NCBI RefSeq assembly: GCF_000018105.1
Contig: NC_009927.1
Coordinates: forward strand, 60,001 to 92,000
Origin: Acaryochloris marina MBIC11017
Lineage (GTDB): Bacteria > Cyanobacteriota > Cyanobacteriia > Thermosynechococcales > Thermosynechococcaceae
Length of the DNA: 32,000 nucleotides
Direction of reading: 5' to 3'
A program made the translations under genes and the position numbers. Below the pieces are notes generated by a model, which was not told the DNA's origin, searched no databases, and saw only the letters and a list, made by a program, of their open reading frames with translations. How positions within the stretch are numbered: the stretch's first letter is position 1; each line of letters begins with the position of its first letter. Shown here in pieces: positions 23,937-31,135 of this stretch.

Positions 23937-24824
23937 CTATACAGAGGCTTGAGTTTTGATCGGGGGATAGACATGGGCTTGAATAGGGCGGCCTTGAGCG
24001 ACATGCTCCTGAACAATTCGGTGGGCAATCTCAGGAGTCACGCGGGTATACCAAGTGCGATCCCCGGAATAAAACACCACTGGCCCAGCAGCACAAACTT
24101 CTAAACAGCCAGAGGTTCTCACGGCAACCTCCAAACCTGACTGCTGTACAGCCGTTTGTAATGCCTCAATAATGGGCTGCACATCCTGAGAGGGATAGCA
24201 GCGGCTGGATCGACAGACTGACAGATAGGGTCGCTTGAGTGGATTCTCAGTATAGGGAATGGGACGAGTTCCCAATACATAAATATCGCGCAACGTTTCA
24301 TAGAGGCTCAGTTTATCCAGTTGGGGTGTCCCTTCCGGTAGCAAGTTCTCGTCGGCATCCACAAAGGGATTGGGTAAAAAGAGATTCATCATCTTTTCTC
24401 CAGCTCCATTCCAGAACTGAATCCCCCAACTTCGTGCTTGGCCGCGATCATTGAAGCGGCGGTAAAACGAGGCTCGCTGTACCTGTCGTTTTCGTCTCAA
24501 CGCTGGAGGGGTTTTGCCGAGGGGACCACCCTGATGTTCTTCTAGGCATAGATGCAAATGCCATCCTGCCGTCACAACCGTCAGATAGCCATCGTACAAA
24601 ATACAAGTTTTAGGGGCTTGGGTAAATTCCAGCTCAAGAACGCTCCCCTCTACTACGTGACCAATCTGGGTTTGTTGCCAGCACTCTTGAAACAGGGTGT
24701 AAAGCAGAGGCCCCAGGACCTCAATGGTGCAAGGAAAATCTTCATACTCGATCTGTCCTCCAGTCGCTAAGGGGTCAACGGTACGGTAGTTTAAAGGGAC
24801 GACTTGACGTGAAAATTCAGACAT
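23937..24824 (-). CDS. two-domain protein: ChuX/HutX-like N-terminal domain fused to a thioredoxin-like [2Fe-2S] ferredoxin domain
   Basis: C-terminal ~90 aa: YLSVCRSSRC...GCLEVCAAGPVVFYSGDRTWYTRVTPEIAHRIVQEHV, the CxxxxC...CxxxC pattern of thioredoxin-like 2Fe-2S ferredoxins. N-terminal ~190 aa: SVLELEFTQAPK..DGYLTVVTAGWHLHLCLEE...SWGIQFWNGAGEKMMNLFLP resembles E. coli ChuX as I recall it (VILEFSGELP..GYFNL..GHIKAE...SILFFNKEGSAMLKIFLG). The N-terminal assignment needs a profile search. Confidence 0.85.
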   Translation of the reverse strand: MSEFSRQVVPLNYRTVDPLATGGQIEYEDFPCTIEVLGPLLYTLFQECWQQTQIGHVVEGSVLELEFTQAPKTCILYDGYLTVVTAGWHLHLCLEEHQGGPLGKTPPALRRKRQVQRASFYRRFNDRGQARSWGIQFWNGAGEKMMNLFLPNPFVDADENLLPEGTPQLDKLSLYETLRDIYVLGTRPIPYTENPLKRPYLSVCRSSRCYPSQDVQPIIEALQTAVQQSGLEVAVRTSGCLEVCAAGPVVFYSGDRTWYTRVTPEIAHRIVQEHVAQGRPIQAHVYPPIKTQASV

Positions 24825-24848
24825 CTTAGTTAAGTCCTACAATAAGTC

Positions 24849-26915
24849 CTAAAAAGTGGCACTCACACCCAGGCGAAAACTCCGACCCACTGCCGGAAAA
24901 CCTGGAAATTGTTCATAATGCTGATCTAACAAATTGTCTAAACTGCCCGTGAAGGCAAAGCTATCCCCAATCGGGAAACGAAGCTTGAGATCGAGCGTGG
25001 TATAGCCCGGCAAGGATTCTGTATTCGTGTTGTTGACAAAGTAGGAACTGAGATAGCGGACAATGGCGGCGATATAGACACCTTTTGCATTCTCATAGGC
25101 CAAACCAACATTGAGGCTATCCGCGCCGCGAAAGCTGAGTTCATTACCTGTAATCGTAGGGTCGCCATCCTCAATAATTTCAGGCTCATTCAAGGTGTAG
25201 TTGGCAAAGGCATACAGGTTTTTGAGCAGTCGCACATTCAAATCCGCCTCTAAACCCAGCGTCCGCACCTTGCCGATATTTTCATAGGTACTAGGGGCAC
25301 CAAACTGAAAGTTAATCAAGTTAGAGATGGTATTGGCAAAGAAGGTGAGGCGTAACAAGCCATTCTCCCCCAGGGATTGGTCAATGCCAATATCAAAACT
25401 ATCGCCCCGTTCTGGCTCTAAATCAGGGTTACCCACCACATTAAAGGCAGCTAAGCCTTCTAGGTTGACGATTTGAGGTGCTCGAAAACTCCTGGCATAA
25501 TTCGCCCGTAAAACCGTGGAATCTCCTATGGCAAGACGAGCCCCCACACTAGGAGAGGTAAAGGAACCATTAGCTAAACTATTGAAATCTTGGCGCAAAC
25601 CAAAATTGAGATTGAATTTTGGCGTAATGTTGACGTCATAACGGGCAAACAAGGCCCCTTGATCAATGCCGCCATCATAGTTAACATCTGTGGTTCCCAG
25701 ACCATAGCTAAAAGTGGTGTTCCGAGACTGGGTATTGCGGTAGTCAAATCCATAGGTCAGGGTTTGGTTTTTGGCGACTTTCCAGTTGTGCTGGACTTGT
25801 GCCCCAATAGAGCGGCGATCAACATCATCTCGTGTGCCAAAGGCTGCAGGGTCTGGATTATCAAAGTTGGAGTCCAGCAGATCCGCAAAAATCCGGCTGG
25901 TGAGTTGGGAGTTGCCCGCCTGGTCCAGTTGGGCTTGCCAAGTCAGATCTAGGAAGAGTTCTTCCGTGGTTTGCCGGGCTAAAGGGGTCAGGCTATTAAA
26001 TTGGCCAATACTGTCGGGAATTGGCACACCCCCAGCCGAGCCAAAATCTTTGTTCAGATAGAGGGCGCTGAAGGTTACCTGGTTGCGATCGCTGAGTTTT
26101 CCTTCCAGCTTCAGATTCAGATTGTTGTACAACACGTCGGCGTTGTTCCGATCTGCTTGCAATCCAATCCGGTTAATCTCAAACGGAAAGTCATTCGTCG
26201 CCTGGGTGCGGGTATAGCCAACGCTCCACCCCAAATCCCCACTGCGCCCCCGAGCCTGCACGGCTTGCTCATTGAGCCCAAAACTTCCAGCCGCAGCTCT
26301 GAGGGTCACCTCCGGTTTTTCGTCAGCAGGAGCACGAGTAATGATATTAATCACGCCCCCTAAGGCATCGGAGCCATAGAGGGTCGATCCTCCACCTGGC
26401 AAGAGTTCAATCCGCTCTATATTGTCCGTCGTGAAATTCGATAGATCAAATCCACCCATAAACCCCACGTCATTAATGGGGCGACCATCTAGCAAAATCA
26501 AAACTTGAGCTGTGTTACTCCCCCGAATAAACTGGCTACTCAGAGCTCCTAGTTGTCCCCCAGCTGTGCCGTCCCTCAGAATTCCTGGGAGATATTTCAA
26601 CGCTTCTTGGACCGTTCTCGCGCCTTGGGCCTCAATTTGCTCGCGATTAATCACATACACCGGGCGAGACGAATCACGCACCGTGCCTTCTCGCCGAAAG
26701 GGGGCATAAACGGGCTGATCTAAGATTTCTCCCGTGACTGTAATTTCTACTTCTTCGTCCTCCACTATCGAAGAAGGTAGGGCCTCCTCATCGGTAGGGG
26801 GATTCGCTTGTGCCAGGCTAGCTCTTGAAGTGTAGCTAAACCAGGCAGTTAAACTGAGTCCAAAAACGAATATGAGCTTCCCAATGACAGGAAACCCAAC
26901 TTTTACACCTTTCAT
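24849..26915 (-). CDS. TonB-dependent outer-membrane receptor (BtuB-like by context)
   Basis: 688 aa with a signal peptide and a TonB-box-like EITVTG. Plug-domain motifs are present (IRGSNTAQVLILLDGRPIND, LYGSDALGGVINIITR), and the beta-barrel ends in the terminal F (..LGVSATF). A cobalamin riboswitch precedes it. Confidence 0.95.
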   Translation of the reverse strand: MKGVKVGFPVIGKLIFVFGLSLTAWFSYTSRASLAQANPPTDEEALPSSIVEDEEVEITVTGEILDQPVYAPFRREGTVRDSSRPVYVINREQIEAQGARTVQEALKYLPGILRDGTAGGQLGALSSQFIRGSNTAQVLILLDGRPINDVGFMGGFDLSNFTTDNIERIELLPGGGSTLYGSDALGGVINIITRAPADEKPEVTLRAAAGSFGLNEQAVQARGRSGDLGWSVGYTRTQATNDFPFEINRIGLQADRNNADVLYNNLNLKLEGKLSDRNQVTFSALYLNKDFGSAGGVPIPDSIGQFNSLTPLARQTTEELFLDLTWQAQLDQAGNSQLTSRIFADLLDSNFDNPDPAAFGTRDDVDRRSIGAQVQHNWKVAKNQTLTYGFDYRNTQSRNTTFSYGLGTTDVNYDGGIDQGALFARYDVNITPKFNLNFGLRQDFNSLANGSFTSPSVGARLAIGDSTVLRANYARSFRAPQIVNLEGLAAFNVVGNPDLEPERGDSFDIGIDQSLGENGLLRLTFFANTISNLINFQFGAPSTYENIGKVRTLGLEADLNVRLLKNLYAFANYTLNEPEIIEDGDPTITGNELSFRGADSLNVGLAYENAKGVYIAAIVRYLSSYFVNNTNTESLPGYTTLDLKLRFPIGDSFAFTGSLDNLLDQHYEQFPGFPAVGRSFRLGVSATF

Positions 26916-26944
26916 CCATACCTCGCAGATGTTGTAAGTGAGTA

Positions 26945-27065
26945 ATAACTCGGCGGGCGTTCTGACTCTGAGGACAAAGCCTCATCACAGTTGCGGGACA
27001 GCGCCGGATTTTCACCGGACTTTCCCCGTTTCCTCTAACGGCTGTTCTCCGTTAGAACCGAATCT
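26945..27065 (-). promoter_or_regulatory. cobalamin (B12) riboswitch
   Basis: The minus strand reads GGAAACGGGGAAAGTCCGGTGAAAATCCGGCGCTGTCCCGCAACTGTGATGAGG...CAGAGTCAGAACGCCCGCCGAG. This carries the conserved GGGAA..GGTGAAAATCC..GCTGTCCCGCAACTGT core and a B12-box-like AGTCAGAAcGCCcGCC. It ends about 30 nt before the receptor ATG. Confidence 0.85.
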
Positions 27066-27187
27066 ATAAAATTGTTTCTGCACCTTATCACAGGAATGAG
27101 ATGCATTAGAGAGAAGCGGAAGGCACATAGGAATTTGCCAATATCTTGGAATAGATTGAACCGCTTGAATAAGTTTTTATACTGAGA

Positions 27188-27204
27188 ATGATAATCATTA
27201 TTAT
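27188..27204. promoter_or_regulatory. Fur-family operator, box D
   Basis: ATGATAATcATTATTAT, with half-sites at 7/8. In context, GAGAATGATAATCATTATT matches the 19-bp Fur box at 17/19. It sits just upstream (minus sense) of a TATAAA -10-like hexamer (27176-27181) and about 120 nt upstream of the riboswitch. Confidence 0.65.
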
Positions 27205-27214
27205 TCTTTTTTGC

Positions 27215-27850
27215 AAACCAGCCCCCAACACCACCAATCGTCGATTGTCCGCAGTCAAGTCAATGGTATGGATGGTCCATCGCCTTGATATGTGCGATTG
27301 GATGTTGGCTGTAGTGGATGGACGGACGGTGAAGCTCTACCGGGATACTCGGGGGATTTCGTCATCGCATGCTGATATACATCAATCAGTTTCCCCTGGC
27401 TGGGTCTCGGAACTATGCGATGACGACACTGTTCTGGGAGGCTGGATTGCGACGGTCTGAGCTGGTGAACTGCGATGTCTGCCATTTTGACCTGGAGCAG
27501 AAACGGTTGTCCATTTTAGGGAAGGGACGGAATGAATGAGAGTGGATTGATCTGACGGTGAGCGGCGTTCAGGGGATTTTCAGGTGGTTGGAGCTACGAG
27601 GGGAATGTGCCCCTACTGATCCATTATTTATATCGTTGGATCGGGTGATAGGGAGTCGTAGTTATCGGTGACATCGTTATGTCGAATAGTCCGGGCTTCG
27701 GCTAAGAAGATGGGGGTAAGTGAAGATTTTGGCCCCCATAATAGTGGCACAACCACATATTTAGAAATGACGGGTGGGGATTTGAGAGGTACCCAGGCAT
27801 ACTCTCGGCATGCCAAGCTCAAGTGGATCAACGAACCATTCAGGTTCCTG
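27215..27850 (+). pseudogene. tyrosine recombinase/integrase remnant (N-terminally truncated, several frame disruptions)
   Basis: Pieces lie in three frames: NRRLSAVKSMV...YRDTRG; then AMTTLFWEAGLRRSELVNCDVCHFDLEQKRLSILGKGRNE* (box I GLRRSE...GKG); then KMGVSEDFGPHNSGTTTYLEMTGGDLRGTQAYSRHAKL (box II, with the HxxR arginine lost). Confidence 0.7.
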
Positions 27851-28799
27851 TATTTTCTAGGAAGGGGGAGAAGACTGGAGCTGACCAACGTAAAGGCAGG
27901 CTGTTTTCTACACAATACCCTTTCGTCAGGTGAAAATGCATTAACCGCTCTGCACCTTCAAATTCAGCAATTTCAGAACCTTCCCAAATCACGTTTGCAG
28001 CACCTGTTAAGTAGAGCAGATCTCCTTGAGTAAAATCTATAAATAGCAGTCCTGCTCTGGGATTTACCTGTAGGTTTCCAAAGGTATTGTAGTGCCGATT
28101 ACCAGCAAAATCTGGAACCGTCAGGGTATGACCACCATCGATTCGAATAAATCCTGGTTTACCTCCACGATGAGAAACATCGACACCACTCGCTGCTCCA
28201 GCTGCATCTGCCTGATAAGCCGTGGCGATAAAAAAGGTATCCGCTGATGTAATCAGAGTCTTTTCTTTTTCTGATAAAACAGAAACCTCATTGATTGTTC
28301 TGGGCGCTCTTGAATCAAATTCACCCAGTTCAGACGTGCGAGCTTGAATATATTGAGGGCAATTGCCAAAGCTCTGCCTAACTTGTACTTCAAAGCCCTC
28401 TCTATGAGTTTTTGTGACAACACCATTCAGCCGATTTCGACGACGGGTATGTAGCTCAATCCCTAAAAAGCCAATGTCAATGCCCAATGCCAGCGTCATG
28501 GCTAAGGGATCGCCGGGTAAGGGCGAAGCATTCACGTTTAGAGTATATCGATCGGGTGTAGAGAGAAAGCCAGGCTCTCCAACTAGAATAGACGCCCAGG
28601 GGTTGCCCATTGCATCTACTGTACCAACGGTCACATAAGGTAATTGCGCAAAGAATCGACGAAATTGTTCGGGCAGATATTCTCGAATGATTCGTCGGCC
28701 TTGCTTATCAATCTGTGTTTGCACATTCAAACGCGATTGAATCGCTAATTCACCTTCATGGAAAGGGGATTCAGTTTTTGTCCAGCCTGGGATTACCAT
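27840..28799 (-). CDS. pyridoxamine 5'-phosphate oxidase-like FMN-binding (split-barrel) family protein
   Basis: 319 aa. The N-terminus ESPFHEGELAIQSRLNV......REYLPEQFRRFFAQLPYVTVGTVDAMGNPWAS and the later FFIATA...DVSHRGGKPGFIRI are typical of this family, from memory. Confidence 0.75.
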   Translation of the reverse strand: MVIPGWTKTESPFHEGELAIQSRLNVQTQIDKQGRRIIREYLPEQFRRFFAQLPYVTVGTVDAMGNPWASILVGEPGFLSTPDRYTLNVNASPLPGDPLAMTLALGIDIGFLGIELHTRRRNRLNGVVTKTHREGFEVQVRQSFGNCPQYIQARTSELGEFDSRAPRTINEVSVLSEKEKTLITSADTFFIATAYQADAAGAASGVDVSHRGGKPGFIRIDGGHTLTVPDFAGNRHYNTFGNLQVNPRAGLLFIDFTQGDLLYLTGAANVIWEGSEIAEFEGAERLMHFHLTKGYCVENSLPLRWSAPVFSPFLENTGT

Positions 28800-28835
28800 A
28801 GTAACTTTCCCTCTTTTTAGGGGGTATAAATCGAC

Positions 28836-29435
28836 CTATAGACCTGGCATAGAGATAAAACCGGGAAGCTGTTTCACCTGCTCGATCCAGTTCAAAATAT
28901 GGGGATAGGCATCCAGGTCAATTTTGCCATCCCTTGACAGAGCAACATAGGGAAAGACAGCAACATCAGCAATGGTTGGACGCTCAAATTCTAACCAGGT
29001 ACGGGTGCTTAAGTGCTGATTTAAGTAAGTCAGAACATGCTCAGATTTTTGATAGGTGCGTTCCACGTTGATGTTACTAACGCCGAAAAAGTGATAAAGT
29101 CGAGCACTTTCAGGACCCTGACGTACTTCTCCTGCAGTTGTAAATAACCAATTGATCACTTGAACCATAGGCAGGGTTTCTGTAGGAAGCCACTGTTCAC
29201 CCCCATATTGTTTTGCTAGGTATACCAAGATAGATTGGGCATCAGTCAGCCTAGTCTCACCATCCACGAGCGCTGGGACTTGCCCTAATGGATTGACGGC
29301 TAAATACTCTGGAGATTTATGTTCTCCATTCACTAGGTCCATCTCTTTCCAGTCATAATCAACTTTCAATAGTTCCAGAAGCAATCGCACCTTGTAGCTG
29401 TTGCCAGACAGATGAAAACCGTAAGCCTTAACCAT
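28836..29435 (-). CDS. glutathione S-transferase
   Basis: The start is set at MVKAYGF (ATG 29435, AAGGAGAAG upstream). GNSYKVRLLLELL...NPLGQVPALVDGETRLTDAQSILVYLA is the GST N-terminal thioredoxin-fold signature. Confidence 0.88.
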   Translation of the reverse strand: MVKAYGFHLSGNSYKVRLLLELLKVDYDWKEMDLVNGEHKSPEYLAVNPLGQVPALVDGETRLTDAQSILVYLAKQYGGEQWLPTETLPMVQVINWLFTTAGEVRQGPESARLYHFFGVSNINVERTYQKSEHVLTYLNQHLSTRTWLEFERPTIADVAVFPYVALSRDGKIDLDAYPHILNWIEQVKQLPGFISMPGL

Positions 29436-29546
29436 TTTGAGCTTCTCCTTTTTTGATTTCTGTTTTAGTTTTTTCCCAGGGACAATAAAAGTTTGTGACC
29501 AATGGAATTGCAAAGCCTAATCCAATTGAGAACCCGCAAGGCTTCA

Positions 29547-29822
29547 TTAAACCAGCACCTCAGTAGAGCCCAATAGCTTATCCAAAGCGCCCTGTCGCTC
29601 TAATGCGTAAAGGTCATCACTACCACCGATGTGTTGGTCGTTGATGAAAATCTGGGGGACAGAACGGCGACCATTCGTTCCACGGGCGACCATTTGATCT
29701 CGGGCCGCTTCGTCACCATCAATTTGGTATTCAGTGTAGGTTGCGCCTTTTTGATCTAGGAGTTGTTTGGCGCGACGACAAAACGGACAGGTACTCCAGG
29801 TGTAAATTTCAATATTGGCCAT
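29547..29822 (-). CDS. grxC: glutaredoxin 3 (CPFC active site)
   Basis: MANIEIYTWSTCPFCRRAKQLL...VPQIFINDQHIGGSDDLYALERQGALDKLL closely parallels E. coli GrxC. Confidence 0.92.
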   Translation of the reverse strand: MANIEIYTWSTCPFCRRAKQLLDQKGATYTEYQIDGDEAARDQMVARGTNGRRSVPQIFINDQHIGGSDDLYALERQGALDKLLGSTEVLV

Positions 29823-29863
29823 GATGAATATCTCCTGTTAGGTTGGCGAGATTGAGTACGCTC

Positions 29864-30841
29864 TTATGCAGCAGTGCGACGGGTGCCTTCGGCGCGGCGG
29901 ATGTCACGCCAGATTTGAGTAGCCGCGTTTGCTCCATCAGCAGCGGCAATGACGACTTGATTCATACCGACCTTGAGATCGCCAACGGCAAAGATACGAG
30001 GATGGGATGTACGGTTCATGGAATCTGTGACCAGGTTGCCACCGTTATATTCCAACTCAATGCCTTTGAGATAGTCAGCGTGGTAATTGGACCCCATTGA
30101 GATGAGACCAGCATCAAGTTCTACGACGGAACTATCATCCAGCTCAACACCCGACATTTGATGGTTTTCACCGAGGAACTGACGGATGGGCCGTTCATTT
30201 AAGGTGTAGCCTGCTTCGGTGAAGCGCTCTCGCATCTCATGCCCCACTTCAAATAAACCATTTGTGAATAGGGTGATATGTGGAGTGAACCAACCCAGCG
30301 GGAAAGCAACTTGTAGACTACCTTCACTGCTGCCAAAGACACCAACTCGCTGGTCGCGCATTTCGTAGCCGTCACAAATCAGACAGACATGTAAGTTGTG
30401 TCCAGCGTAGTCAAACACGTTTTTCATGTCGGCGAGCTGAGGCAGATGGTCAATGATGCCACTGCCTGCGATCAGATAGCGACTGTGAAAAACTTCATAG
30501 GTCGGATTTTTTCGACCGATACGGACTTTCACAGCAAAGGTTTCGCCTTCATCGATAATCTCTTCCACATAGGCGTTCAAATAATCACCCTCTAGAGAGA
30601 GAAAGTGTTCTTTACCTTGCTTAAGGACTTCTCGACCGGGCGTGTCTGGAGGCAAACCCAAGTAATTGTGAAGTTCCTGCATCCAAAATGAGCGAGCTTT
30701 ACCTTTATCGATAATCAATGTGGAGAGTAAGTAACGCTGAAGATAAATACCCGCTGACAAGCCAGCAGCACCACCACCAACTACCAAAACATCGTAGATT
30801 TGGTCGGTGTGTTGATTAACAGTTTGTCTCGTCAATTGCAT
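29864..30841 (-). CDS. thioredoxin-reductase-like FAD flavoprotein with a degenerate NADPH-binding site
   Basis: The start is set at MQLTRQ (ATG 30841, GGGAGG upstream). It has the FAD motif VLVVGGGAAGLSAG, a dithiol CLIC in the TrxR CATC position, and the C-terminal GD motif FAVGD. The second Rossmann motif reads VGVFGSSEGS instead of GGGxxA, and no HRR follows. Confidence 0.85.
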   Translation of the reverse strand: MQLTRQTVNQHTDQIYDVLVVGGGAAGLSAGIYLQRYLLSTLIIDKGKARSFWMQELHNYLGLPPDTPGREVLKQGKEHFLSLEGDYLNAYVEEIIDEGETFAVKVRIGRKNPTYEVFHSRYLIAGSGIIDHLPQLADMKNVFDYAGHNLHVCLICDGYEMRDQRVGVFGSSEGSLQVAFPLGWFTPHITLFTNGLFEVGHEMRERFTEAGYTLNERPIRQFLGENHQMSGVELDDSSVVELDAGLISMGSNYHADYLKGIELEYNGGNLVTDSMNRTSHPRIFAVGDLKVGMNQVVIAAADGANAATQIWRDIRRAEGTRRTAA

Positions 30842-30950
30842 CTGAACCTCCCAAAAATCAAAGCTTATAGATTGCATCAGTCCCACAAGGAGAAGCGTCC
30901 AAGTAAAGACACTCTAGATTTTTATGTAGAACGCTCTGTCTACTTGTATT

Positions 30951-30970
30951 ATTTAGACAGGTCTGTATAT
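30951..30970. promoter_or_regulatory. candidate TetR operator, copy 1 (ATTTAGACAGGTCTGTATAT)
   Basis: A 20-nt sequence identical to 31107-31126. It contains the imperfect palindrome TAGACAG-GT-CTGTATA. It lies in the divergent region between the TrxR-like gene and the TetR gene. Confidence 0.5.
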
Positions 30971-31106
30971 TGTCAAGTCTTTTTTTAAGTTCTTGGCAAA
31001 TGCGTTTAAGGTCTGAGGTGGAAAGAGATTAGCCGCTGCTCCAGAGAAAAGCTTGAATGGTAGCTATCTCCTCGTTACTTGCTACTTGGTGGATAACTGA
31101 AATAAT

Positions 31107-31126
31107 ATTTAGACAGGTCTGTATAT
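31107..31126. promoter_or_regulatory. candidate TetR operator, copy 2
   Basis: An identical 20-mer that ends 9 nt before the TetR ATG (31136). Confidence 0.5.
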
Positions 31127-31135
31127 ATCTGAAGT

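Noticed and set aside
23921-24028. The longer start (24028) for the periplasmic binding protein
   Set aside because: It would overlap the upstream gene by 92 nt. The internal ATG at 23920 yields a proper signal peptide and a 16-nt intergenic gap.
24938-26709. ORFs 24938..25189, 25590..25952, 25771..26061, 26001..26363 and 26512..26709
   Set aside because: They are shadow ORFs in alternative or antisense frames of the TonB-dependent receptor gene, and none has a motif.
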